Shown here: piece after piece, positions 21,435 to 31,177 of the stretch
How the letters are laid out: each line of letters starts with the position of its first letter
Numbering within the stretch: the first letter of the stretch is position 1
Source of the DNA: an uncultured Pseudomonadota bacterium
GTDB taxonomy: Bacteria > Oederibacteriota > Muellerivitia > Muellerivitales > Muellerivitaceae
NCBI GenBank assembly: GCA_963770835.1
Contig: CAVYRH010000002.1
Span: forward strand, 128,001 to 192,000
Direction of reading: 5' to 3'
DNA length: 64,000 nucleotides
Made by a program: the position numbers and the translations under genes
Notes under the pieces: model-generated
The model's database searches: none
What the model was told of the DNA's origin: nothing
What the model saw: the letters and a program-made list of their open reading frames with translations, nothing else

Positions 21435-21608
21435 ATGTTCTTTTATCAACGCCGAAGCAAAATAGATGCTTCGGGACAAGCGGCAGTGGAATATCTTCTG
21501 ACATTAACGGTGGTTTTCATCGCTTTCGCCGGAGTGTCGGTTTTATTTTCGAACCAGGTGAACCATTATCTTTCCCTGCTGTTCGACATGATTGTTCTGC
21601 CGTTTTAA
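21435..21608 (+). CDS. Small Flp/TadE-type prepilin (57 aa; not in ORF track)
   Basis: MFFYQRRSKIDASG|QAAVEYLLTLTVVFIAF...: class III signal peptide. Confidence 0.7.
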   Translation: MFFYQRRSKIDASGQAAVEYLLTLTVVFIAFAGVSVLFSNQVNHYLSLLFDMIVLPF

Positions 21609-21626
21609 TTTGAAAGGAGAAGTCAG

Positions 21627-21794
21627 ATGAAGAAGCTAAATCAAAAAGGCCAAGGCATGACTGAGTATATTTTGATTGTTGCCCTGATTGCAGTGGCAGT
21701 AATAGGCGCTGTTAAAATCTTTGGCGGAAAAGTACATGAAGGTTTTGACAATGCTACCACCCAGGTGGGAAAAGCCATTCCAACCCCGAATTAA
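21627..21794 (+). CDS. flp: Flp major pilin (55 aa; not in ORF track)
   Basis: Strong RBS AAAGGAG; MKKLNQKG|QGMTEYILIVALIAVAVIGAVKIFG. Confidence 0.9.
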   Translation: MKKLNQKGQGMTEYILIVALIAVAVIGAVKIFGGKVHEGFDNATTQVGKAIPTPN

Positions 21795-21798
21795 TCGA

Positions 21799-22338
21799 GT
21801 GATTTCTTTCCGGAAGAAGGTACCAAAGGGACAATCAGCCGTTGAATTCGTCTTGATTGCCCCTTTGCTTTTTCTTATCTTTTTTGGCATTATTCAACTC
21901 TCTTATATGGCCTATGTGTCTTTAGCCGTGCAACGCGCTGCTTTAGCCGTGGCTCGCAATGCATCCCTATCTGGCCGAGATAATTCCTTAGCCTTCAAAA
22001 CCCAATTGGTTATTTCTCTTTTTCCGATTACCAATTTGAGCTCCAAAACACTTTCGACTATTCTAGCCAGTGATTACAAAATCACCTTTTCTTCTGATTA
22101 CCAAGAAATTACCGCACAAGTCCGTTATCCCATGCCCATTTGGGTACCCCTCGTCCAAAACTTTTTGGGGGAGGACTTGGCATCTCCCGGTGACACCGAC
22201 CAAACGTCGGAGGGCGAGGCGATTATTGCCGTTTATCGATTTTTAGGCAAAACCCCGCCTGATTTGTCATTTCAAGGACTTCACCAGCCCGTCGTCTGGC
22301 TCAACTACCAAGTAACAACCTTCAACGAGGGTTACTAG
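21799..22338 (+). CDS. tadE: TadE-like minor pilin
   Basis: KG|QSAVEFVLIAPLLFLIFFGIIQ...AAL.VAR; GTG start inferred. Confidence 0.8.
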   Translation: MISFRKKVPKGQSAVEFVLIAPLLFLIFFGIIQLSYMAYVSLAVQRAALAVARNASLSGRDNSLAFKTQLVISLFPITNLSSKTLSTILASDYKITFSSDYQEITAQVRYPMPIWVPLVQNFLGEDLASPGDTDQTSEGEAIIAVYRFLGKTPPDLSFQGLHQPVVWLNYQVTTFNEGY

Positions 22339-22343
22339 TTCAA

Positions 22344-23435
22344 ATGAAAGAATTGCGCACCCTCAGCCAAAAGCCCCTCGGTCAAGTCCTGCTTGCAACC
22401 CTTCTTTTTTGTTTCATATTTTTGGCCCTTTTCGTTGGGCTTTACAAAAGCGGGATCGCCTATATCGGCAAGGAGCGCGCCAGGCGATCCACCAATCTTA
22501 CTGCGTTAACTGCGGGAGCGGTTTATGCCAACGGCCTTCAGATGGTCCGCGAAAGCAACTTTCTCCTAATGTTTTTAGTGAGCGCTGATCTTTATAAGGA
22601 CGGACTAGCAGCGGCCGCAGCAGCGGAAGGTGGCCCCCCCGCCATGGTTGCGGCGGCTTTAGCGGCTGATAAAGTCAACTCCCGGACCCCTTTCCAAAAA
22701 TTTCAGAGTATTTTTTTCGGTATTGACACTCCTCCGGGCGCATATCCCTTGCTTATTGAAGGCCAAGCATTAGCCACCGCCAACGAAAACCAACTTTCTT
22801 TCCTCCCAGCCTATGCTTACAACTACGAAACCGCGACCGCAGAGAACGTGTTAATTCCCAATATGGCCCTTCGATTTAGAACCGCTGCGGAACTTCTTCC
22901 GGAACCTCAAAAGGGGACATATTCCTTGCTTCACAATGGAGAAAGGCAGTATTTTTCATCGGAGGAGGTCGAATCGGCCCACAATCCAAGGCATCCGAAC
23001 CAAATGCGGGTCAAGAAAAACTCTAATTCGGACTTTGCGGGTTGGTGGGTTCGAAAGGAAAAAAACGGATCTGATACGGGAAAAGAATCCGGTTCTTTAT
23101 CAGGTTCAGCGGATTTTCTCAACAGCCTGAAAGATTTCTTTAAACAATTCAAGCTGGACGTGACGGATAGGGATGACCCACCCTGCCACACCTTCTCGCT
23201 ATTTAGCTCAATGAAATCAAAATTGGGGGATGAAGAAAAGAATTTTTACCAAGCCGGCGAAATTCGCGTGGATACCTACGGCCTAGCGGCTTGGGACACC
23301 CTTCCCTTGCAGGTTTATATGGAGAAGGTGGACATAAGTAGCTTGCCTGTCATTCGAGACACCCTTGAAAAGTTCAACGGTTTTCCCTTAACAGACCAAA
23401 TATTAAAAAAGTCGGATATATTAAACGGCCTATGA
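22344..23435 (+). CDS. TadG-like pseudopilin
   Basis: GQVL plus hydrophobic helix, then ALTAGA; Tad context. Confidence 0.55.
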   Translation: MKELRTLSQKPLGQVLLATLLFCFIFLALFVGLYKSGIAYIGKERARRSTNLTALTAGAVYANGLQMVRESNFLLMFLVSADLYKDGLAAAAAAEGGPPAMVAAALAADKVNSRTPFQKFQSIFFGIDTPPGAYPLLIEGQALATANENQLSFLPAYAYNYETATAENVLIPNMALRFRTAAELLPEPQKGTYSLLHNGERQYFSSEEVESAHNPRHPNQMRVKKNSNSDFAGWWVRKEKNGSDTGKESGSLSGSADFLNSLKDFFKQFKLDVTDRDDPPCHTFSLFSSMKSKLGDEEKNFYQAGEIRVDTYGLAAWDTLPLQVYMEKVDISSLPVIRDTLEKFNGFPLTDQILKKSDILNGL

Positions 23436-23899
23436 AAAACCAGCCAAAAACCAAGGGGCAATGCGGCCAAGCAATGGTTGAAATGCTGATTTGCATTCCC
23501 ATCCTATTTTTGTTCCTGGCCTGGATCGTTCAATTTTTCATTCTTTTCGAATCTCGTGTTCAATTCGAACATTCCTGCGGTGAAGCTGCCAGGCAATACT
23601 GTCGGGGCCTCATTGACAAAGACTCCCTCGGGCCCAAGATTTACGAAAACTTGGGTTCTGTTCAAAAATATTTCGACCCCCAAACCATAACCGTCACCAT
23701 TCAACAACCCAGCTCCACGGCGGATTCGGCGATTGATAAGGTAAGAAACGCCGTTCGTTTTATTCCCTTTACATTAAATTACGATGGTTACGAGTGGGCT
23801 GTGGACGCCAATTGCGCTCCACCTTTTTTTCTAAAGATCATCTTCCCATCCGGAATCACTTTTCATTCCATCATGCAGGTTTACAGGTATCCGGGGTGA
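23432..23899 (+). CDS. TadE/TadF-like minor pilin
   Basis: G|QAMVEMLICIPILFLF...EAAR. Confidence 0.8.
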   Translation: MKNQPKTKGQCGQAMVEMLICIPILFLFLAWIVQFFILFESRVQFEHSCGEAARQYCRGLIDKDSLGPKIYENLGSVQKYFDPQTITVTIQQPSSTADSAIDKVRNAVRFIPFTLNYDGYEWAVDANCAPPFFLKIIFPSGITFHSIMQVYRYPG

Positions 23900-23902
23900 G
23901 AC

Positions 23903-24625
23903 ATGGTTAAATTCAAATGGTTTTGGATTACATTTATTGTCTGGTGTCTCCTTGGCGGTGTAGGGGCTTGGGCATTGATTTTTTCCCCTTTTTCCTTCAC
24001 GTCAACAAAAGTCACAGAATTCAAAGCGGAAATCAACGGCGGTACTGCCGAAAGTCAAATCCTGGTCAGTTCCGCATCGCTAGGTTCATCCCTTGATTCC
24101 TTAACCAAGGAATGGCAAGCCGAAGGGTGGAATCGCGTTTCCGGAAACTTAAACTTGGCCTCTATCCTTCTCGATATGCCCAAGGGATATGCAAGGGTTT
24201 TGGATTCCATTGTTCAAGTACAAATGTTCCAAAGCAAAGACTCTTTCCGTCTCTTAGGCCTCTGGAGCGATTTTAATGATCACCAAACTTATGAATGGGT
24301 TACCGATGTGCCTCAAAAAATCATGAAATCTCAGAAACCCGCTGACGTGGATTTTCCATTAAAACCGCCTGCGAAGGCCGCTAACGTCTTAACTATCAAA
24401 TCAGGGAAAATAGAGGTTTGTTCTTGGTCTCTTGCTTCCCAAACAGAATCCCCCGCCCAATTCACGAGCATCTTCGCTTTGGAGGGTTTTAATAGCTACC
24501 TTTGGTCAAAACAGCCTGGGGAATGGTTTTACATCCTTAATCGAGGTTCCATTAAATTGTTGGCTGTGGTACAGACGAAAGGCGAAGAAAATTTAATATC
24601 TTTGGTGAAACTCGACAAAAATTAG
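23903..24625 (+). CDS. Hypothetical membrane-anchored protein in the Tad operon
   Basis: N-terminal TM segment; closely spaced within the operon. Confidence 0.6.
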   Translation: MVKFKWFWITFIVWCLLGGVGAWALIFSPFSFTSTKVTEFKAEINGGTAESQILVSSASLGSSLDSLTKEWQAEGWNRVSGNLNLASILLDMPKGYARVLDSIVQVQMFQSKDSFRLLGLWSDFNDHQTYEWVTDVPQKIMKSQKPADVDFPLKPPAKAANVLTIKSGKIEVCSWSLASQTESPAQFTSIFALEGFNSYLWSKQPGEWFYILNRGSIKLLAVVQTKGEENLISLVKLDKN

Positions 24626-24714
24626 TTTAATATTTCGTACATTTCTTGCTGGGGATGCTTTTAGTTATTTGCCTTTCAAACGTCACTATTTATTGCTGAT
24701 ACGGAAAATAATTC

Positions 24715-25497
24715 ATGAACAATCGAAACTCAATAATCGCATTGGTTATCGGGGTCTTGTTCGGGAGCTTAGCTTTCTTCTTGTTATACCAGCAGGCCTC
24801 GGAAGTTGAGAAAAAAACTACGCCCGTGCAAATCCTAGTCGCCACGCAGTACATTCCGGCTGGTGTTTTTTTGAAGCCCGACATAGTCGAAAGAAAGGCC
24901 ATTCCCGATTCCTATGTCAGCCCCAGCGCCATCCGGGACTTGAAGGAAGTGGATGGCTTGATGACTTTGGTTCCTGTCTCAGCCGGCGAGCAGATACTTT
25001 CTAACAAATTCGGCGAAGGGGAGGCCACACTTGCCTTGGCCCTCAACCCTGGTTATCGCGCATACACCCTTGCTATTGACGAAACCACGGGAGTTGGTAA
25101 CCTTCTAAAGCCCGGCAATCATGTGGACATTCTCACGAAGCTTGAGTCTGAAAAACGAATCGTAACCTCCTTTGTTTTTCAAAACATCCAAATCTTAGCT
25201 GTAGGCCAAAAGCTTAATTGGCGTCATATTTCTCAAAAGTCATCGGATTCAAAACAGAGTGATGGCGACTCTGGTTATGGAACAGTCACTCTAGCTGTAA
25301 CACCGGAGCAAGCGGAAACCTTGATGTACCTTGAAGGCCGCCCTTTACGTTTGATCCTGAGAGGGCCCAACGACGAAGAAATCGTTTCCATCCCTTCCCA
25401 AAGCGAATCGGAAGTGCTGTCCAAACTGGGGCACTTCACCCCTTCGGCCAAGCGCGGAATACAAATCATTCACGGAGCTTCAAAAACAGGAGAATAA
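24715..25497 (+). CDS. cpaB: Flp pilus assembly protein CpaB/RcpC
   Basis: SAF domain (VATQYIPAG), GYRA, LKPGNHVDIL, QNIQILAVGQ, VTLAVTPEQAE. Confidence 0.92.
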   Translation: MNNRNSIIALVIGVLFGSLAFFLLYQQASEVEKKTTPVQILVATQYIPAGVFLKPDIVERKAIPDSYVSPSAIRDLKEVDGLMTLVPVSAGEQILSNKFGEGEATLALALNPGYRAYTLAIDETTGVGNLLKPGNHVDILTKLESEKRIVTSFVFQNIQILAVGQKLNWRHISQKSSDSKQSDGDSGYGTVTLAVTPEQAETLMYLEGRPLRLILRGPNDEEIVSIPSQSESEVLSKLGHFTPSAKRGIQIIHGASKTGE

Positions 25498-25500
25498 AAC

Positions 25501-26511
25501 TTGAAAAAATTTCTAGTCGGATTTTTGATCCTAGGCTTTATGGGCCCCCTTCAAGCTTTTGCCGACTCAGGTCCTATTTATTTGACGATCGGCGAATCCA
25601 AACTCATTCACGTGGAATCCGCCAAGAAAGTCGCAATTGGCAACCCGGAAATCGCTGACGTTACCGGGGTTAGCGACCAGGAAATTCTCCTATCCGCCAA
25701 ATCTGCGGGGAATACCAATTTGATTTTCATTTCCCCGGACGGTGAAAAGGAAACACGCATGGTCACCGTATCCGCACACAATTTGAAGAAATCAATGGTC
25801 GAAGTGGATGTGGAAGTCATGGAGATAGATTCTCAAAGTGCGCTTAAAGCGGGATTAAGTTGGGGCTCGGTAACCTCTTCTAATTCGGGATCTTCGAGCG
25901 GGACGGTAACCCCGAACAACCTTACGATCGGGGAAAATAGTCCCCCGCCCCTCGTGGCATTTGGTTCGTTTTCTCGTCAGAGTTTGACGGCTAGCATCCA
26001 GCTTTTAATCGACCGCGGCAAAGCTAAAATCCTTTCCAAACCAAAGCTGTTGGCGGTTAGTGGATCAGAGGCCAGCTTTCTTTCGGGTGGCGAGATTCCC
26101 TATGTTTCCGAAAGCAATCTGGGCTCCACCAACGTCCAATGGAAGCCCTATGGCGTTAAATTGAAGATCAAGCCGAGCATTGATGGGGAGGACAATATTT
26201 CCGCCGACCTGCGCGTGGAGGTAAGCGGCATCGACAATGCCAATGGAGTTTCTACCGGCAACGGCATCATCATTCCCGCATTGAGCACCCGGTGGGCCGA
26301 AACCTCGGTCTATATGAAAAGCGGAAGCACGCTCGTCATTGCCGGACTCATCAATGAGAACGACCAAAAACTAACGTCCGGCGTACCCCTTTTGAGCGAC
26401 ATCCCGATCCTCGGGGAACTTTTCCGATTCACGAATGATTCAAAAACTCAAACCGAATTGGTTATTTTCGTAACACCTTCGTTGGTGGGTCAGTCAGAAA
26501 ATGAAAGCTAA
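25501..26511 (+). CDS. cpaC: Tad secretin CpaC/RcpA (short form)
   Basis: IGNPEIADV, ASFLSGGEIP, VPLLSDIPILGELF, ELVIFVTP. Confidence 0.9.
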   Translation: MKKFLVGFLILGFMGPLQAFADSGPIYLTIGESKLIHVESAKKVAIGNPEIADVTGVSDQEILLSAKSAGNTNLIFISPDGEKETRMVTVSAHNLKKSMVEVDVEVMEIDSQSALKAGLSWGSVTSSNSGSSSGTVTPNNLTIGENSPPPLVAFGSFSRQSLTASIQLLIDRGKAKILSKPKLLAVSGSEASFLSGGEIPYVSESNLGSTNVQWKPYGVKLKIKPSIDGEDNISADLRVEVSGIDNANGVSTGNGIIIPALSTRWAETSVYMKSGSTLVIAGLINENDQKLTSGVPLLSDIPILGELFRFTNDSKTQTELVIFVTPSLVGQSENES

Positions 26512-26549
26512 AAACTAAGCGGCTTTATAAAAGCCGATACTCCTTCTCC

Positions 26550-27020
26550 TTATTCGGCTGGGGGGGCGTTTAAAGCGCCTTCTACCGTATCCCCTGGTTT
26601 TAACCCCTCTTTTGTGAACCAACCCGCGTTCATTTCCAAGGCATATTTAGCCGGGCCCTTGGACCAAATACTTTCCTCGTTTTGGGGTTGCATTTCGGCT
26701 ATGTTTTCAATAATCCCCTTTTCGTCCATGAAAGCGATACTCAGTGGGATCACTGTGTTTTTCATCCAAAAAGCTCGTGTCGCCGAATCAGGAAAAACAA
26801 ATAACATTCCGCTGTTCCAATCCATGGCCTGCCGAAACATCAACCCCAAATCTCGAGTAGCTTCCTTATTGGCCACCTCCACCCAAATTTCTTGTCCGCC
26901 CAATTTCAAAGAAACGATCGGGAGGTCGCTCTTGGGTTTGGGGTGGCGGGATGAGCAGCCCAAAAGGAGTGCTATGCCCAAGAGAAGAAATATAAATAAA
27001 GAACGGTGTAGTTTTATCAT
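26550..27020 (-). CDS. DUF192 family lipoprotein
   Basis: Lipobox LLGC; GLMFR, GMLFVF, FWMKNT.IPLSIAF, YALEMNAG. Confidence 0.9.
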   Translation of the reverse strand: MIKLHRSLFIFLLLGIALLLGCSSRHPKPKSDLPIVSLKLGGQEIWVEVANKEATRDLGLMFRQAMDWNSGMLFVFPDSATRAFWMKNTVIPLSIAFMDEKGIIENIAEMQPQNEESIWSKGPAKYALEMNAGWFTKEGLKPGDTVEGALNAPPAE

Positions 27021-27118
27021 GAGGTTCGAACCTTTACCCCTAAAATTGATCCGCTACTTCTAGTCCTAAAAGTGAAATAAATTGACGCTTTTCGAGGGGT
27101 TGTCTTAATATATCTTAT

Positions 27119-28255
27119 ATGAAAAGGCTTTGCTTAACTTTTGCTTTTCTTTTCCTCCTTGCGCCATTTTTATCTTCAGCCGCTTATTCCGCCACATCGA
27201 AGAAAAAGAAGTCTTCCAAGAAAAAAACACATTCTCATTCTGTAGTAGCCAAGAAGAAAACCACTTCCGAAGCCCAAACCACTGAAGTCGCCCCAACAGT
27301 TGAGCGAAACCACGGAATACCCCGCACCAAATTGACAGATGCTTATAATTACGCCAAAGGCCTATATGAGGCCCAGCAGTTCGATAAGGCGAAAGAAATC
27401 TTTAAAAAGCTGGTGTTGGCCGCCACTGATTCCGATCTCAACGCCAATTCCCTTTACCTTTATTCCCAGTGCTCTTTTCATACCGAGGATTTCTTAGGAT
27501 GCGTAAAAGCCTTGAACATCCTGGTCAAGCGGTGGCCTGATTGCCCCATCGTCAAAACGGGCTATGTGGCCCGCTTTTGTTCCCACCTAATTAACGATGA
27601 AGCCAATCTTCAAACAAGCTGGGACTACATGCGCTTTGAATCACGGTTCGATGATAAAGGCAATCCAGTTTGGAAGGAAAGCATCCCCCCCGGATTCAAA
27701 CTGAAGCGAATCAATTTCAAATTGGCTTTTGGACTTTACGGGGTTTTGAAAACGCTCCAACCCGACTCAACCCAATCCACAACCGCCAAGCAAGAATTGG
27801 AAACCATGCTCAATGCGCCTATTACTATGGTCTGGGTGGATGAAAAGGCACCTCCAACTCGTTTTGGCCATCCCGCTGATTTCTTTTCAATCTTCTCGAT
27901 AAATGAAAAAAAGGATTTTTCCAAGCTTATTTGCCAGAGAATGTTCTTTGATTGGCAAAGCGAAAAGCTTTACCAGTTTTTGGACATGTACGACGACGTG
28001 CGCAATTTAAAACCCCGCTTCGTTGCGCGAAGCAAACCCCCTGAAGAAGCGGTAACCCAATCGGGCCCCATCACCACATCTGGGAATCAAGTTTTAGTCC
28101 CCATTGCAGCTGGACCTTCCGCCTCGACGCCCATCCAGCAAGATCCATTGGCCGTTTTGACCCTGTCCAAGCTTTTTCAATTATCCGGCTATAATCCTTA
28201 CACCGACAGCTTCACCAACGTGATTGAAACTTCACCCACCGAATTGAACCTTTGA
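27119..28255 (+). CDS. Exported TPR-repeat protein with Lys-rich N-terminus
   Basis: Signal peptide, KKKKSSKKK, TPR-like helices (YNYAKGLYEAQQFDKA). Confidence 0.65.
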   Translation: MKRLCLTFAFLFLLAPFLSSAAYSATSKKKKSSKKKTHSHSVVAKKKTTSEAQTTEVAPTVERNHGIPRTKLTDAYNYAKGLYEAQQFDKAKEIFKKLVLAATDSDLNANSLYLYSQCSFHTEDFLGCVKALNILVKRWPDCPIVKTGYVARFCSHLINDEANLQTSWDYMRFESRFDDKGNPVWKESIPPGFKLKRINFKLAFGLYGVLKTLQPDSTQSTTAKQELETMLNAPITMVWVDEKAPPTRFGHPADFFSIFSINEKKDFSKLICQRMFFDWQSEKLYQFLDMYDDVRNLKPRFVARSKPPEEAVTQSGPITTSGNQVLVPIAAGPSASTPIQQDPLAVLTLSKLFQLSGYNPYTDSFTNVIETSPTELNL

Positions 28256-28261
28256 CCGTAA

Positions 28262-28660
28262 ATGAAACTTAACTCTTCATCCTTTCTAGTCTTGCTCCTT
28301 TTCCCTCTTTTCGTGTGTAGCACTGCCCGCGCCGACAGTAATCAACCCGCTTCTGATGATAAAACTGTAACGGCCGCCCCATCTCCCACTGAGGATGCTA
28401 GCTCCGTCCAGGCTAGCAACATCAACCACTCCTCCAGCGCCATCAAAGCTTTGATTGTGCACAAACCCATGCCATCCCCTTCCTGGGGCCGGGTTATCCA
28501 ATACCACCGCCAGGAAAATTTCGTGCTTTCAGATAAAAATCGGGAAACTTTGCACGAGTTCCTTTTTCAGGACGAAGCCGGCATCGTTAGGACCGCCGTG
28601 TTCCACGAAAACGCCTCGGGTGACGGCTATTGGGAGGTGTGGGTGTGGGACCAACCATAG
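28262..28660 (+). CDS. Exported hypothetical protein
   Basis: Signal peptide; lies between the TPR gene and the ATPase. Confidence 0.6.
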   Translation: MKLNSSSFLVLLLFPLFVCSTARADSNQPASDDKTVTAAPSPTEDASSVQASNINHSSSAIKALIVHKPMPSPSWGRVIQYHRQENFVLSDKNRETLHEFLFQDEAGIVRTAVFHENASGDGYWEVWVWDQP

Positions 28661-30705
28661 ACAACGGGGGCCAATTAACTTCCTTTTTGGGGGTCAAGGG
28701 TGGTGTAGGTTGTTCCATCCTTTCCTCACTTCTGGCCCGCGCCTGGGCTAAAAAAAGCCAAAAGAAGATCGCCCTCGTTGATGCTATTCCTTCCGCTTAT
28801 TCCCTGCTTCCCTCTTACTTAAGCATTTCCTCCGTTACCCGCCAGCTAGGGCAGTTGCGGCCTTACCAAGACCGGTTGACGCCGAAGATGGTGGAAACTT
28901 TTTTTTCCTTGTCGCCGGAAGGAGTCGCTTTCGTGCCGGTCAGGGCCAACGATGAAACACCTGCCTCGTTCCCGGAAATCTTTCCCCTGCTCCAAAAATT
29001 GGGGCAATGGTTCGACGATACGTTTATCGACCTTTCGGGTTTTCCCAACAACGATTATTTTTCATTCCTTGAACGAAGTCATCGGGTTTTCTTCATCTCC
29101 TCCACCGATCCAACTTCCCTGGCCGCCCTCAAACAGTGGGAAAAACGACTTTTGCCCTTTCACTTCCAGCTTCAAAATTTTGGGATTATTTTCAATCAGG
29201 AAGATCCATCCCAGTCCCTTCCCAGGGACATTTCCGCTTGGGTGAAACACTTTCAACACACAGGAAACATCCCCTTTTTAGGAGAAAGCCTCTCCATCGA
29301 CCTGTTGGAAAACCGTTCCGTTATGCCCTCACTGGAAAAATTCCTGATACCTGTCTTGGCGAAACTCTCGTCAAGCGATGGGATTCTCCCGTCTAGCAAT
29401 TCTCCAAATTCGCTATCCTCCGTTTCGGAAAATGTCCAAACAGCTCCAATTCCAATCTCCTTAGAGCAGATTCACCAACTTCACCAGAAATTATTGGAAC
29501 AGCTGAGAAAAACCGGGGCTCTCAAGGACCAAAAAAACACCGAGATGCTGCAACGGCAGGCATTGGAACCCAATGCCCGGGAGATATTGGAGCAACTCAT
29601 CCAAGGAATGGAAATTCAAAGCCGGGAAATGCGTCAACAATTGGTGAACGAAACCTTAAATCTTGCTTTCGGCTTGGGCCCCTTGGAGCCCCTTCTGCAA
29701 AACGCGGACATCACCGAAATTATGGTGAACGGCCCCGGCCGGATTTACGTGGAAAAACGGGGGCGATTGGAAAAAACCGACGTCCGGTTCCTCAATGACC
29801 TTCAATTGCGCACCGTCATCGAGAGAATATTGGCGCCCATTGGCCGCCGCATCGATGAAAGCCAGCCATATGTGGATGGGCGGCTCTTGGACGGGTCCCG
29901 CGTAAACGCCGTCATTCCCCCGTTGAGCCTGAATGGACCGATTTTGACAATCCGCAAGTTTTCGAAGCGGAAACTGGGGGTTGACGACCTTGTCCAATTC
30001 GGATCCTTGACTCGGGAGGCGGCCGATTTCTTGGGTGCTTGCGTGCGAGCCAAGAAAAACATTGTTGTTTCAGGGGGCACCGGGTCCGGGAAAACCACCC
30101 TCCTGAATATTCTCTCGAACTTTATTCCATCCCATGAACGAATCGTCACCATTGAGGATTCGGCTGAATTACAGTTGTCCCAAGACCATGTCGTCCGCCT
30201 GGAAAGCCGTCCAGCCAACCTCGAAGGCAAAGGGCAGGTCGCCATCCGCGATTTGGTTATCAACGCCCTTCGGATGCGTCCCGACCGCATCGTGGTGGGA
30301 GAATGCCGTGGAGGAGAAGCGCTCGATATGCTGCAAGCCATGAACACGGGCCATGACGGTTCCCTCACGACCGCCCATGCCAATTCGCCACGAGACGTGC
30401 TTTCCAGGCTGGAAACCATGTGCCTATTCACGGGTTTGGACCTTCCCCTAAAGGCGATTCGGGAACAGATTGCGAGGGCCGTGCACCTGGTCGTCCAGCA
30501 AAGCCGCCTTCCCGACGGGAAGCGGTCCGTGACTCAGGTATCTGAAATCCAGGGTATGGAAGGGGACGTCATCATCACTCAGGATATTTTCACTTATGAG
30601 GAAGGAAAGGGGCTGGGGCGCCGCCCCTTCGCGCCTTCCTTTATTGCGGACTTAAACGCGGTGGGTTATCAGTGGCCGGGATATTCGGAGAAAGTAAAGG
30701 CCTGA
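28630..30705 (+). CDS. cpaF: TadZ/CpaE-TadA/CpaF fusion ATPase
   Basis: N-terminal GVKGGVGCS ParA/MinD-like domain; C-terminal GLGPLEPLL, GGTGSGKTT, TIEDSAEL, LRMRPDRIVVGECRG. Confidence 0.9.
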   Translation: MGGVGVGPTIDNGGQLTSFLGVKGGVGCSILSSLLARAWAKKSQKKIALVDAIPSAYSLLPSYLSISSVTRQLGQLRPYQDRLTPKMVETFFSLSPEGVAFVPVRANDETPASFPEIFPLLQKLGQWFDDTFIDLSGFPNNDYFSFLERSHRVFFISSTDPTSLAALKQWEKRLLPFHFQLQNFGIIFNQEDPSQSLPRDISAWVKHFQHTGNIPFLGESLSIDLLENRSVMPSLEKFLIPVLAKLSSSDGILPSSNSPNSLSSVSENVQTAPIPISLEQIHQLHQKLLEQLRKTGALKDQKNTEMLQRQALEPNAREILEQLIQGMEIQSREMRQQLVNETLNLAFGLGPLEPLLQNADITEIMVNGPGRIYVEKRGRLEKTDVRFLNDLQLRTVIERILAPIGRRIDESQPYVDGRLLDGSRVNAVIPPLSLNGPILTIRKFSKRKLGVDDLVQFGSLTREAADFLGACVRAKKNIVVSGGTGSGKTTLLNILSNFIPSHERIVTIEDSAELQLSQDHVVRLESRPANLEGKGQVAIRDLVINALRMRPDRIVVGECRGGEALDMLQAMNTGHDGSLTTAHANSPRDVLSRLETMCLFTGLDLPLKAIREQIARAVHLVVQQSRLPDGKRSVTQVSEIQGMEGDVIITQDIFTYEEGKGLGRRPFAPSFIADLNAVGYQWPGYSEKVKA

Positions 30706-30706
30706 C

Positions 30707-31165
30707 TTACTTTTTACTCTTTTTCAACATTCCTTGTTCGGTGGCCGTCAAGGGGGCCGGCTGGTAGGTGGTATCTCCGACCGGGGTGATCTGGGCAACC
30801 TCGGCCTGGTATTTCCCGTATTCCGCCGCGCGGGTCTGTCGCACGTCCGCGTCCAAGGGACCTTCAGGCGGGACCCAATCGCCTAGATAGGCCCGGCAGA
30901 TGAATTCCTTTTCCGCGGCCAAATTCACCCAGTGGGTATGGGGCGGAGTATAAAACTCCTGGACCTCCTGGTAATCCCACATTGCTTCCTTATATTTCTT
31001 ATCCTGGAAATGGGCCTCTCCCCGTTCGTAGGCGTTATAGGCCCTTCGGATGACCTCCAGGTAGGCCATTCCAATAGCGATGGCAAAAGTCGCCACAATG
31101 AGCATGGCGGTTCTGAACCCTTTCTTCTGGAAAAAGGATGGTTGTTCATCGTTGATAACGGCCAC
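30707..31165 (-). CDS. Membrane-anchored TPR-like hypothetical protein
   Basis: TM segment followed by AYERGEAHFQDKKYKEA. Confidence 0.6.
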   Translation of the reverse strand: MAVINDEQPSFFQKKGFRTAMLIVATFAIAIGMAYLEVIRRAYNAYERGEAHFQDKKYKEAMWDYQEVQEFYTPPHTHWVNLAAEKEFICRAYLGDWVPPEGPLDADVRQTRAAEYGKYQAEVAQITPVGDTTYQPAPLTATEQGMLKKSKK

Positions 31166-31177
31166 GCGGAACCTCCG

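Noticed and set aside
21721..21798. N-terminal extension of TadE given in the ORF track
   Set aside because: Overlaps the flp pilin gene; the prepilin motif indicates a start near 21799
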